Shown here in pieces: positions 38,576-60,419 of a stretch of 64,000 nucleotides of DNA (its first letter is position 1; every line of letters begins with the position of its first letter). A program made the translations under genes and the position numbers. The notes beneath the pieces are model-generated. The model did no database searches, was not told the DNA's origin, and saw only the letters and a program-made list of their open reading frames with translations. The stretch comes from Salpingoeca rosetta (lineage: Eukaryota > Protista > Choanoflagellata), in NCBI GenBank assembly GCA_033442325.1, contig JAWQFM010000005.1, positions 2,138,313 to 2,202,312 of the forward strand, read 5' to 3'.

Positions 38576-39405
38576 GATGGAACAGGAAGGTGTGCAAGTG
38601 ACTGTAACAACAGCGGCAACCAAGGGAGGGTAGCGTGTCTGTCAGATCATGCGATTGGAAGGTCGGGGGAGATGATGAGGAAATATGTGTGGTGGGGCGG
38701 GAAAGGCCCACGACAGCCGCCAAAACAGGAAAGGTGCCGGGCTTGTGTGTTGGTGGTGTGTGCAGGTGAACGTACGTTCGCAGCAGGAAGGCGAGTGGAG
38801 CGGATGGACAAAAACAGAAAATGGCGAACAAGTCAAGGCAGCCGCGCGAAGCAAACAAGCAAGTTTGGACTTGCCGCATGGGGAAAAAAAATACCTTCAT
38901 GCAATGCTCTGTCATCAAAATAAACAACAAACAAACCCAATGAGGGTTTTCCCGCGCAGAAACGCGGAAACAACACGCAATGGCGCCAATTGCTGTTTCT
39001 TGCATGCTTGCCTTTCAAGTGCCAGAGAGGAGGAGCCCTGGAGCTGGCTGATGTTTACCAACAAGCAGGGCTCCCTGCACGGCATGCGCAGCTGTGGCTA
39101 GTGGGGCGGGGCGCTGTTGTCCACATTGGGTCACCAGGTCCTCACTCAATTCGCGTGCACACGAGAAGCAGAAGTACAGCAAGGGGTTCCCGCGCGAGGG
39201 GCAACGCTGCAAGAAAAATGGCATTTGGGCATGTCAGCAGTATTTTTTTGCTGACGATTCACCACCAGTGGTTCTTGTGCGAGCGAACAGCGAGGGTGAG
39301 TGAGACAGGACGTGCTGCTGTGCTGCTGTACTGGACTCGAGCTCAGAGTGAACTGAGCTTGTTGTGGGCAAGGGACTGCTGCGTGAGAGAAAAGCACTTG
39401 AGATC

Positions 39406-39747
39406 ATGGAAGGGTCCAAACGTCTTGCCGACGAAGCGTCGTCGGCGCTTGTGCCTGTGAAAAAGGCCAAGCAAGATGGATCAAGCAGCAGCAACAAGCA
39501 ACTTGCCACCCAATCGTCCTCGGGCGCGATACAGGCTGCGGTGCGCTTGATGCGTGTGTCATGCGTGTGTGATGTGTGTGTGTATGTGTATGTTTGGGTG
39601 TGATGCGGCTGTGCGGGTGTGATGCGTGTGTGATGTGTGTGTGTGTATGTGTATGTTTGGGTGTGATGCGGCTGTGCAGGTGTGTATGTGAATGGGTGGG
39701 TGGGTGAGTGTGATGGCTTGAGTATATGTTCACACTCGTCAGCTCAC

Positions 39748-39827
<80 letters not shown>

Positions 39828-40278
39828 TTGCTGCACCAACAGGCGCCAGCACGGACGTCCAGTTTGATGGCACCCGTGATGCTATTGGAAGGTCACAAGG
39901 TAAGAACGCATGTGCTGTTGTGTGCGTGTGTGTGTGTGTGCGTGTGTGCGTGTGTGTGGGTGTGCATAGATCCTGCACATGTGCATGTGCACGCACGAGC
40001 CCGCATACGATTTGGATGTGGTGTGTCTCGTGTGTCCTTTTGCTCATGGTACTTTCCGTTGCAGGATGAGGTGTTTACGTGCAAGTACAACCCCAGCGGA
40101 TCGCACATCGCCTCTGCTGGCATGGATCGACAAATCTGTGAGTACACGCCACTTTGCCGTTGCGGATGCCACCAAGGCCGCGAACCTGACCCAAACCTCC
40201 ATCACAGCAGCTTGACGCCTTGCACTCACGTGCGTTCATATCTCGCGCCACACACACTCACACACACATACACACATG

Positions 40279-40325
<47 letters not shown>

Positions 40326-41511
40326 ATGCCAGTTTTGTGGAACACATTTGGGGAGTGCGAGAACTTTGCTGTTCTTCCTGGACACACTGGTGCCGTGTTT
40401 GACCTTTCCTGGTCAAAGGATGGAGAGTAAGTGCTTACCTTTGCTCGTGTGTGCTTGAAGTTGCTCGTGCATGCGTGCGTCTGCTCGTGCTTGTGCATGT
40501 CATACAGAAGGAGGGTGCACTCGTGCGTTCAAAGTGGTTGTGCTATTGGGTCTCCTTCCTCCCTCGAACCAGAGCACGCTTGTGCTTGTGCGTGGTTTTG
40601 TGTGCATGCACATGTGTGCGTGCCTTTATGTTGTACCTCCCTGACGGGGTTGTGACCTTGTTTGCCGGTCTTTTTTCATGCAACAGCAAACTCTACTCCG
40701 CGGGCATCGACAAGACCTGCATTGTGTGGGACGCCGAGGTATGTACATGTGCGTGTGTGCGTGTGTGCGTGTGTGCGTGTGTGTGTGTGTGTGCGTGCTT
40801 CATTATTGGTGTGCTTCTTTATATCTGCGCTTGTTGCTTGGTGGCGTATTCTTCTGTGGGAACCGGCCACGTTGTGGAGTGCACGCCAGGTTGCATTTGT
40901 TGACTTGCATCATCCCCTACCGTGCAACCTGTTCTCTTCACCACATCGCGCACAGGCTGGTGCGCGCGTACGCAAGCTCAAGGGCCACTCGGACTTTGTG
41001 AACAGCTGCTGCGCTTCCCGCCACGACGCACACACGTTTGTCACCGGCAGCGACGACGGCACCGTCCGTGTAAGTGCTCGCGTGTCTGATGGTCGTTGAT
41101 GGGGAGAGTGGCTGTCTGCTCCAGGGCACCACACCGTTTCGCTGACTATCAAGTGCATCGCCCTTTGCCTTGTCACACCACCACATCACCGCCCCCTTCC
41201 CACCCGACAACGTCTTCCCACACCACCCTTATCACCCTTATCACCCATATCACCCTTATCCGCTTACCTGCTGTGCAGGTGTGGGATGCGCGGCGGCGGG
41301 GCGCTGTGCACACGCTCAACAGCGGATATCAGGTGATGGCGGTGGTCATGGCCGATGATGGCGAGCGCATCATCTCCGCAGGCCTCGACAACGCAATCAA
41401 GGTCCGTCATGTGTGTGTGTGTGTGGTTGTATGTATTTGTGTGTGTGTGTGTGTGTGTGTGGTTGTATGTGTTTGTGTGTGTGTGTGTGTGCGTGCATGT
41501 GCATGTGTTTG

Positions 41512-41547
<36 letters not shown>

Positions 41548-42461
41548 TGTGTGTTTATGTGTATGTGTGTGTGTAACCATTGTTTGCATGCTTGTGACAT
41601 GGTGAACACAATTGCTCATCGCGTGCGTCTCGCGAGCGGTTTTGCCGCCGCCCACCTGCCTAATTTCTCTCACACTGGACTTCCTCTCTTCCTCCCTCCC
41701 GGACCACTGTTGCTGCCACTTGTTGCAAAACAGATGTGGGATCTGCGCACCATGGATGTGACTGAGCGCCTTGCTGGCCACACAGGTGCGAGCACGTGTC
41801 CCTGTTGCTGCAGCACATCCACACTCTTTTACAGCAGGAGAGCACTCAACTTGCCAACAACCACCACCATGGTCACCACCTCTTTGCTTTCCTTTTTCCA
41901 CTATCACTCGCTCACTCACTCATCCGCTCACCCACCCGCTCACCCACTCACTTACCATGACCACCATGGCGACAACCGTGCGAGCAGACACGGTGACGGG
42001 CCTGTCGCTGTCGCCCAACGGGAAGGAGGTGCTGTCGTTTGCTATGGACAACACTGCGCGCATCTGGGACGTGCAGCCGTTTGCCCAGGGCCCGCGCCTC
42101 AAGAAGACACTCATGGGCGCACAGGTCGGCCTCGAAAAGAACTTCATCAAGGTGCGCAGTGTGTGTGTGTGTGTGTGCGCGCGCGGCTGTCTCTCTGTCT
42201 CTCTGTCTCTCTGTCTGTCTCTGCGGTGCGTTTCTCGCTTGACCAAACCAAACCAACTAACCAAACCAATGCACGACGCAACACATGTGCAGTGCGCGTG
42301 GACGCCCGATGGTAAGCACGTTGGCTGCGGCTCTGGCGACCGCAACGTGTATGTGTGGAACGTGTTCTCGCAGAAGATTGCGTACTGTCTGCCTGGACAC
42401 AAGAGCTGCGTCAACCAGGTCGACTTCCACCCAGAGGAGCCCATCGGTGAGCGCCCAGCAC

Positions 42462-42528
<67 letters not shown>

Positions 42529-42883
42529 ATGTATGTATGTATGTATGTATGTATGTATGTATGTATGTATGTATGTATGTATGTATGTATGTATGTATGT
42601 ATGTATGTATGTATGTATGTATGTATGTATGTGTGTACATGTCCTGTTTGTAGTGTCGTTTTGTTGTATGGCTGCTGTGCATTTACTTGCTTCACATTTC
42701 TTTGACGTCGCGTTCATTTGCATTGTGGTCACCGGCGGCATTATGTCTTGTACGCCACACTTTTGTTGTGTTTGAACTAACCATATTCTCACCACTCATA
42801 CCATCACCACTACCACCCATGAAACCACAGTTGTGTCCTGTTCATCCGACAAGAAGCTGTTCCAGGGAGAGCTTCACCTCTGA
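39406..42883 (+). CDS. SNRNP40: U5 snRNP 40 kDa WD40 protein (~11 exons)
   Basis: ARTSSLMAPVMLLEGHK|DEVFTCKYNPSGSHIASAGMDR..LWNTFGECENFAVLPGHTGAV..KLKGHSDFVNSC..GSGDRNVYVW..LPGHKSCVNQVDFHPEEPI..SSDKKLFQGEL*. Confidence 0.93.
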
Positions 42884-43040
42884 GAAGGGATCAGCGTATC
42901 ACTGTGTTTGTGCCTGCAAGCATTCCACTTGCCCTGCTTCTCGCTTGCTGTTCGCGTCAAGTACTACAACACTTGTCACATCACTGAACCGTGTTGTGCT
43001 TTGTGATTTGTTGTGTGCCTTGGTGTGTGTGCGTGCATTC

Positions 43041-43090
<50 letters not shown>

Positions 43091-43375
43091 AATTACAATC
43101 CGAGTGGCAGCATCTGAAGTGCCAAAGAATCGTCTACTCGTTCTCGCCAGTAGCGCCATTTTGTACAGAGGGAGGCTTGGACCAAGTTGGAGGTGGAGAG
43201 AGAGAGAGAGCGGATATGCAAAGCAGCACGAAGGAAGAAAACGGAGAGAGGAGGGGAGGACGCGAAGAGCAGATACAGTAAGGGTGCGTGCGAGTGTTTG
43301 TAACAAAAAAACAACATGTTGTGTGGCCAACAAACATGTGTTCACATCACATCAGAAGTGGGGGGGGGGGGGTGG

Positions 43376-46395
<3,020 letters not shown>

Positions 46396-46930
46396 TCAAA
46401 CCTCTCAGCCACGTGCGAGACCCCAATTTGTGCTGTTGTGAGCGCTTGTCGTTGCGTTGGGGTGGATACTGCTGCACGAGTCATGTTTCGCACACATTCT
46501 CCGCTTGATGGCGCCAGTGCGCATTTAGATCAACCAAGCCAAAGCTGGCAGAAGGTGGGGCTTTGCTGGTTGGTGGTGATGATGGGTGTTGTGTTTGTGT
46601 GTGTGTGTGTGTGTGGCGCTGCTCCTGCGTGGTGTGCGGTGTGCGGTGTGCGACAGCTGCGTGATGAGGCGGTGGCAGGATCGATCCCAGAGCAAAGGAA
46701 AGAGGATCGCTCTCGGCAAGAGATGGCACACGCCAGCATTCCAAGCGTCTCTTTGTTCTTCTTTCGTGTTGTGCTCATTTGATTGTGCAGCAGCTCACGG
46801 ACACACACAAACACCATCACACATCACCGCATCATCACACTGTTTTCCCCCCACCCCCCATCCGCCAGATTCCAATTGTGATTGCTCGTAACAGCTGTCA
46901 ACAAACAACACAGCAACCAACCAACCGACC

Positions 46931-49861
<2,931 letters not shown>

Positions 49862-49914
49862 GACAACCAGCACCCCCGCTCGTTTGCTTGCGGCCGTGCT
49901 CTTGTTTGCTGATG

Positions 49915-49969
<55 letters not shown>

Positions 49970-50575
49970 TGCAGTGCCATTGGCAACTGTTTTGTGTGGT
50001 GCCACTCTTTGATATGTAGACCTAATGATTGAGGCTTTTCGCGTGTGTGCGGGTGGGCGGTGGTGGCGTTATCGTTTTCTTCATGCCGAATGCTGTTGTG
50101 TTGTTGTTGTTGCTTCGTGTTGTTAACGTGCTTCACTCCGCCAGCTGCTTTGCTGGTTATCATTTTTCCGTTGCTTCTCCCTCTCACATAACCCCTCTCT
50201 TGCTCTCAGCACCCCTCTCTTTCTCTCTCTCTCTCTCTCTGTGATTTGCTTCTCTCGATATCATCCTCTCTTCTACCTCTGGGCGGTGTTGTTGTGTGCG
50301 TGTGGGCTGCTAACTTGCTGTTGTTGTCCGAACAATACCGTGAATTGTAATTGCCCTCATACCCATCAAGCGAGCAGCCACAACAAGCAAGAGGCAAAAG
50401 GAAAGGGGAAGAATGGGGGAAGAGAGAGAAAGGATAAGGAGGGGAGGGGTTGAGAAAGCACTTGATTGGGCAAGGAAAGTGTTCAGTGTAAGATTCACGT
50501 GGAGGTGTAGCGTCACGTTGATTTCACGTACGCGTGTGGGCAGAGACAGCAACCAATAGTTCACACCGCAGCGGA

Positions 50576-50640
50576 TTACATGAACGTGACACCGCGCTGG
50601 ATAATCTCCACCCAGTAGCCTGTGCACCAATCGACAAGAG

Positions 50641-50712
<72 letters not shown>

Positions 50713-52070
50713 CCAGTGAAGTGGACATGTGGTGAGGCCGTTTCCACATAATGGGGCAAGCACGTTGGAACCTCGCAGCCCATTGGAAGCCAGCAACAAG
50801 CAGCACAACACCAACACACACATCAGGCAAACAAAGGTGCAGAGAGGGTTGTTGTTCATGTGTTACACGCACCGTCTGGGTCGTATGCAAACGCAATGTT
50901 GCGCATTGTTCCTTCCTCGGGCTTTTTCTTGAACTCAATGCCGTCCGCAATCAGCGAATCTGCACAGGAAGGGGAACGATGGAGAGTTGGCGAAGACCGG
51001 AGTTGGAGCAAACAGGAGGGAGCAGACTCACGTGGGCATTGTGATGATTATTCACTATAAACTCACACACACACACATACATACATACATACATACATAC
51101 ATACATACATACATACATACATACATACATCCATACATACATACATACATACATACATACATACATACATACATACATACATACATACATACATACATAC
51201 ATACATACATACATACATACATACATACAGACAGACAGACAGACACACACATACATGCATACATACATACATACACACAGACACCGAGCGACGAACCGCA
51301 GGCTGCCTTGAGATCATCGACGAGGAATCCAACGTGCCCGAAGCCGCGCGGGTCCGTGTTGCCTGCAAGCACGATGGTGGGTGAGGTTGGGGGACAAATG
51401 ACACTGGTGAGAAGTGGTGGTCACGGTGTTGAGCAGCAGTATGAATGAATCGTGGCGACGGTTGGATACCGAAACAAAGAAAAGGGTTGGTGCGGTGCGG
51501 TGTGACGGGCAAGCCGACGCTGAAGCGCGCTGGCTGAGCATTGCGGCATTGCAGCATGTCAGCATCGCAACTCGGAGTGGCGTGCGATGTACCGTTGTGG
51601 TAGGAGAAGTTGGGGTCGGACTCCGTGCCGTGGTTGTGCGTCTGCGCAACACCGCATGAGTCACAGCAGAAATGAGCGAGTAACACAGGTGTGACGCCAC
51701 CCGGAGCAGCAGGAGGTGGCGTGCAAGCACCACGCGAGAACAGCACGCCCGTCCCAGAAGCGACAGGACTTGTGCATGTGCATGTGCATGTGTGTGTGTG
51801 CTGTGTGTGAATGCGCACGTGTGTGTGCATGAGTGCATGTGTGTATGTTGGTGGGTGTGGCTGCATGCCGTGGGAGGGTGCATCACCAGCTCGAGCACGG
51901 GGAAGTCAAACGTCTTGATGAACTCGTTGGCCTGGGCAGCAGCAACGGATATAAAGGGGTTGAGCGTTGCGTGGAATGGTGAGGAGAAGAGGAATGTCGC
52001 ATGAGGAGGGGTGACGTGGGAGGACGTGGGAGGATGGAGACACAAGCACACACACACACACACATCGGTA

Positions 52071-52101
<31 letters not shown>

Positions 52102-52673
52102 CGGTACTCACACACACACACACATCCACGCACACACAGACACAGACACAAACACACACACCACCCTGACCTCGTCTGACTCTGGGTCGGGGTACTTGGT
52201 GTCGACGGGAAGATGGGCAAGGAAGTAGAGTGAGAAGTCACTGAAATGCTTCACACGCACGAGCGACATGCCTATTGTGGTGGACGTGGTGATGTGGTGG
52301 TGTCATGTGCAGTCCAGTGTCGTGCGTGTGGTGGGGAAGAGGGTAGCAGGTGAGCCCAATGTGGGTGCATGAACATACAAACGAAAAAAAAAAAGAGCGC
52401 ACACACGTACAAATGTACATGCAAAGACACACACACACACACACACATACACAAGCTGACTGACCAAACTTGTCCTTGTAGAATGCGAGGGACTTCTCGG
52501 GATCCTTGATGCGCAGCATGGTTTGGGCTGGAGAGCGGCAGTCATGGGCAGAAGGCATGGTATTCGTGTGAGATGGCACATGGTTGATGGGTTGGTGGTG
52601 CTCCGCACTTTTCAGAAGATGCCGCCTCTATACACCCAAACAGACAGACACACAGACAGACAGACACAGATAC

Positions 52674-52708
<35 letters not shown>

Positions 52709-52717
52709 CACAAGCAC

Positions 52718-52768
<51 letters not shown>

Positions 52769-52794
52769 CACACAGACACACAAGCACACAGACG

Positions 52795-52825
<31 letters not shown>

Positions 52826-53395
52826 GCGCACACACACCATATCCACTGCAGTCTCACCAAAGGTGAACCGTTCCTGCTTGTGCGATTCAGCACGCTTCAC
52901 AATCTCCACCCAGTAGCCTGCGTCGTGGTGGAGAAGAAGCGAGGGCGATGGGGATGCACCATTCGTGAAGGCAATCACAGTCAAGCAATAGGCGTTGATT
53001 ATAAGCAAGGGGCAGCCGGTGAGCCAACGTAGCACACTTGCGAGAGAGGGAAACACAATTAAACCAACGCGCAACACCAACAGCGTGTGTGTGTGTGTAT
53101 GTGTGTATGTGTGTGCATGCAGTTGGGCGTGGGCAGCCGCACCATCGGGGTCGTAAGCGAATGCGAGGCCCTTCATGCGGCCCTCGTCCGGCTTCTTCTT
53201 GAAGGACACCTGCACCGCCGCCATGACGTGCACGTGTTGTCGACAACCACGCGGCAGTTGCAGCGTAAGTATGAGGGGGGATAGGCGGAAACACACACAC
53301 ACATTCAGATACAGATAGGCACAAAAGCACAGACAGAGAGACAGACAGACAGACAGACAGACACACACGCACGCACACACACACACACACACACG

Positions 53396-53438
<43 letters not shown>

Positions 53439-54295
53439 ACGTCATGCTTCTCCAGGTAGTCACAGGCGGCGTAGACGTCGTCGGCAAAGACGCAGATGTG
53501 TCCAAACCCACGCTTTGGTTCGTTGTTGCCAGAGTCGTAGTGGAAGTTGGGGTCTGTCTCAGTGCCGTGGTTGTGGGTGAGCTCAAGGCAGGTGTAAGGC
53601 ATTGTCCACAGAAACTGCTCCGACTCCTTGGTTCCGGGCTTGGGCGCCTTCACGTCCTGCCAAAACAACACAAGCAAGTGCAAGTGAATGTGATTTTGGT
53701 TTGGTAGTGAGTTGGTTGCGCTTGTTGAATGAGCCCGTCACACGATGGGTTGAACGCGTAAGTCAGCGAGGCGATGAGGAGCAGATGTCAGTGTTCTGCT
53801 CGAACGCAACGCTTGGCTGCAGAAAGGATGTCGGGAGAACAGGTATGCAGCCACTCTGTTGTACCTTGGGGAGCGTGGCGAGAAAGTACAGGCTGAACTT
53901 GTTCTCGGGAAAGTCGTACTTGTGAATGAGGCTGAAGCTGCGAGTGAACAACGTGTCATGTGGAAGTAGGTGAGAGTGTGTGTGTGTGTGTGCGCGTGGA
54001 GGGGGAGGAAGAAGGGGACGGCGATGGGCAGAGAAACAGCAGAAGGCAGCACACACACACACACACACAAACAAACAAACAAACAAACAAACAAACACAC
54101 ACACACAAACACACACACACACACACACACAAACAAACACACACACAAACACACACACGCACACAAACACACAACCAACCCAAGGAGCTCGGTGTAGAAG
54201 CGAAGGGAGGCGGCCGGGTCACGGATGCGCAGCATGGTCTGCTGCCAGCTGGCCCCAAAGGGGCGAGCACCAGCAATCAGGGAGCGAGCAGCCAT
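50576..54295 (-). CDS. GLO1: Lactoylglutathione lyase (glyoxalase I), internally duplicated two-active-site type
   Basis: Two copies of [27 protein letters not shown] and AYDPDGYWVEI; ends RGVTFM* at 50576. Confidence 0.95.
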
Positions 54296-54386
54296 CGTCT
54301 GACTTTGGGTGGTGGTGGATGGTGACAGAGAGCACTGATGCTGCTTGCTTCTTGCTGCTGCAAAAGAAATGAGTGTGCATGTCAGC

Positions 54387-54400
54387 GACTGAATTCAGTC
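54387..54400. promoter_or_regulatory. Perfect 14-bp palindrome GACTGAATTCAGTC in the 224-bp GLO1/GNL3 divergent promoter
   Basis: Direct reading; related copies at 4620-4632, 31847-31858 and 63977-63988. Confidence 0.45.
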
Positions 54401-54519
54401 GCTAGCAATTCCGCAGCGTTTTGCGGGTGCATTCTCTCGCCTCAAATCATCACACCACGTGCCAAGAAGCCCACGCACGCCAAGAACAACAGCACACCCA
54501 CACACCCACACCAGTCAAG

Positions 54520-54974
54520 ATGGGGATGAAACCTGTGGCAAAGAAAGCTCGTAAGTCCAAGTTGGCATGTGTGTGTGTGCGCGCGCCATGAGGGTGTTGG
54601 TGTATGCTTGCGGTGGTGTGTGCTCATTTGTGGCGCATTTTTAAGACACGCACACACGTACACGTACACCCTCGTCTTCTGTTTGGCGTGCGTGGTTTTG
54701 ATGGCGATCGATCTGCTCACGTCTCACACCGAACATCACCACAGGCTCGAAGAGCAAGCGTATCAAACTCAAGGACAAGGTGTGTGTATGTGCGTGTGTG
54801 TTTGCGTGTGTACATGCTTGTTGGTGGGACAATCCTGCTGTATGTGTAGGAGACACCTGCCATCTCACTCGAACTTGAGCCCACGCGTGCACTCTGTCTG
54901 TCATTCATGCACATGCGCTAACTACACACATACACACACATACACACACATACACACACATACACACACATACA

Positions 54975-55013
<39 letters not shown>

Positions 55014-57656
55014 CACAAAATCCGCCGCAAGGTGGCAGAACACAACCGCAAGCTGCGACGCAAGCAACGGCTTGAAGGAAAGAGCACATTGAAAAAGGAC
55101 CCCGGCGTGCCAACCATGCACCCGCTTCGCAAACAGATTCTGAAGGAGGTGGAGGATGCCAAGGAGCAAGCCGAACAGGAGAAGCTGCAGCGCCGCAAGA
55201 TGCTGCGCGAGGCACGCGAGTCGCTCCGCTCCCAGACGCACGACCTGGCCCAACTGCAAAAGGAGGCTGAGATGCGCAGCCGCGTTTTCGAGACGGCCAT
55301 GGATATGGACGAGGCCGATCCCGCAGGTGCCGCCAAGGACCAGTCCCGCCGCAACTTCTTCCGCCACTTTGCACAGGTTGTTGAGGAAGCAGACGTCATC
55401 CTGCAGGTGCTGGATGCCCGCGACCCCATTGCCAGCCGCTCTGACATTGTGGAGTCGCTCGTGACGAGCTCTGCCTCGCGCAAGCGCCTCGTCCTCGTCC
55501 TCAACAAGATTGGTACGCGCACCCAATGCATGCGGTCATGGGAGGAGAACAAGGGAGGGAGGGGGTTTCTGTGGTTGTTGCGATTGTTGTTCTTGAAGCA
55601 GGTGGCGAGTGTCTCTTGATGCATCTTCCTGCCACGCACCACCTTGCGTGCAAAAAATGCCACAACCCACCCATCTCCACCACGCCTTCACCTTTCATCT
55701 CTCCACCCTCACTTCACCTCACCCCATCCCCACCCCACACGAATGGCGGCTGTGCACGGATGCGCCTGCGTTGCTAGACCTCGTGCCGCGGGAGGAAGTG
55801 CTCAAGTGGGTGCAGCGCCTGCGCAACGAGTTCCCGACCATCATGTTCAAGTCGTCCACACAGTCACAGCGCAGCAACCTCACCCACACCAACGTGGGCG
55901 GCTCCGGCTGCTTTGGCGGCGACAGCCTGCTCCAGCTCCTTCAGAACTACGCCCGCAACAAGGACCTCAAGATGGCAATCACAGTCGGCGTCGTTGGTGC
56001 GTACGCAGGCGTGCTTTGTGTGTTGTGTGTTGTGTGTGTGCGTGTGTGTGTATGTGTGTGCGTGTGTGTGTGTGTGTGTGTGTGCGCGTGTGTGTGTGTG
56101 TTGGGCTTGATTGCATGTGCGAATGTACGCACGTTGGAAGTGGCTGCACTCTTTCTTGTCAAGGCATACGAAACACCAACCCAACCCAACTCCCCTCCCC
56201 CACCCCGTCCACGCCATGCAGGGTACCCCAACGTGGGCAAGAGCTCGCTGATCAACTCGCTGAAGCGCGCAAAGGCGGCGCAGGTTGGCGCTATGCCCGG
56301 CATCACCCGCGGCGTCCAGCGCGTCATGCTCACAAAGAAAATCTGCCTCCTCGACAGCCCAGGTGCGCGTGACGTGTGACATGTGACGTTTATATGAATA
56401 GGGTTTGTGTGATGATGTGTTCGTGTGTGTGATTGTCTGAACGACTTTGGTGTATGCCTTGTATTTTGGTTTCTCACTCTCCATCGTCATCAACCCTCAT
56501 CACCACCGCCTTACCACCACCACCACACCGCCTCCCCCTCCGCCACCACTACCACCGCCACCACCAGGCATTGTGTTCTCGTCCAAGACGGAGGTGTCGT
56601 CGCTTGCGCTGCGCCACTGCATCCGCGCGGATGCGATCGAGGATCCCATCACCGCCATTGGGCAGCTCCTGCGCCGCTGCGACCTCACACACATCATGGA
56701 GATGTATGGCCTGCCACGCTTCTCCTCCACCATGGAGTTTCTGCAGCTGCTCGCGCGGCGACTGGGCAAGCTGAAGAAGGCCGGCGTGCCGGACATTGAG
56801 GCGGCGGCGCGGCAGGTGCTGCACGACTTCCACACGGGCAAGATTTCGTTCTACACAAAGGCACCGGAGAGCTACAAGCCAGAGAACATGCTCAGCGCGC
56901 AGATTGTGTCGGGGTGGGCGCAGGAGTTCAACCTCGAGGCAATTTACGAGAAGAACAAGGCCGTTGTACAGAAGCTCTCGGGCGAAAAGGTACAACGCAC
57001 TGGGAGAGGCAGGCCATGTTGTCGATGGAGGGAGGGAGAGGGGGTGGCTGTGGCACGCAGGGTGCTGGCTGGCGTGTGGTATCTAATGCATCCACTCTGA
57101 ACGAGGTGGCGGAGGAAGAGAGGAAAGAAGGAAAAAAAAAAGGGGGGGGGCGAGAGCAGGAATGCATTACTGAGGCAGAGTGCTGGAAGCGATGCTCTGC
57201 GTAGCGCCTCAACCGCAACCTTACGCATGCCACCGCACCCTTTGTTTTCTCTCTCCGTCTTGCGTGCGTGTGTGTGTGTGTTTGTAGGCGCTTAAGAAGA
57301 TGAAGCGGTTTGCGCTTGAGCCGACGGAGAAGCCCGCAGACGACGTCGGCGCCATCCGTATCACAGGTCAAGCCAGCTGTGTGTGTGTGTGTGTGTGTTT
57401 GCTTTTGTGTATGTGTGTGTGTACAGTGGTGCGGAATATAGACGCGCGCATGCGCGAGAAGCATTGACGCATGTGCGAGTTGTTTGGTCGTACCGCGCAC
57501 CGCCAGATCGCAAGAGATCACTCATCACTCGGTGACTCACTCTCGTGCGCTGCTTGTTGCAATCTTGTTGGTTGCTGTGCTTCCACTCAAACAGGCGGCG
57601 CTGGAGGCGAGAATGCAGATGCCGGAGAAGGCGATATGGACGTGGGGGAGGAATGA
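54520..57656 (+). CDS. GNL3: Nucleostemin/GNL3(L)/Nug1 circularly permuted nucleolar GTPase
   Basis: GN3L_Grn1 N-terminus SKRIKLKDKHKIRRKVAEHNRK..KKDPGVP. Motifs in permuted order: VLDARDP, LNKID, GYPNVGKSS, PGITR, LLDSPG. Confidence 0.93.
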
Positions 57657-57940
57657 GCACAGTGAATGTGCCAAGTGTTTGTTGGTGGTTGGAACAGACA
57701 GGCGTCTCCTTTCGGTGTTTACTACATATCCGGCTGCCAGAGTGTGTCGCGTGCGTGTGCGTAGCTGTTGTTGTGCGGTTCTGGACGCGTTGTTGGTGTC
57801 ACATTGCACGTTTGACTGGTGTAACAACCTCTTTTCCCTCTTCCTCCTCTTCTTCTTCTCTTTGCTCCTGTCTTCCTGTCCCTTGTGCCTTTGATGACGA
57901 TTAAACCTTTGCGCGCACCACTGACCGGACCCGGCTGGCA

Positions 57941-59966
<2,026 letters not shown>

Positions 59967-60313
59967 TGCGGCACGCAGCGCAGTGCACGTGTGTTTGCAG
60001 CGGCAGCTGCTGTCTCTTTACGGTTGTTTGTTTATGTTGAAGGGGATAGGTGGTCAGTCAGCAATGCACACGACAGATGGATGGAGCGAGTGTCAGCAAG
60101 AGCGGCAATGGAAGGTGAAGGGATGGATGGTACCCACAACAAGTGACAATGGGCGCAGAACAAGGGGGTAAAAGACTGGCTGGCCAACACAACGTAACAA
60201 CGCAGCTCGCTGCAGACGCATACACAAGCAAGCAAACTGCTGTGCACATACACAGATAGTACAGACACAGACACACGCACGCACAGACACACAGACACAG
60301 ACACAGGCACACG

Positions 60314-60369
<56 letters not shown>

Positions 60370-60419
60370 CACGCACGCACATACACACAAAGAACATGGC
60401 ACGCGGGCACACGTGCAGC

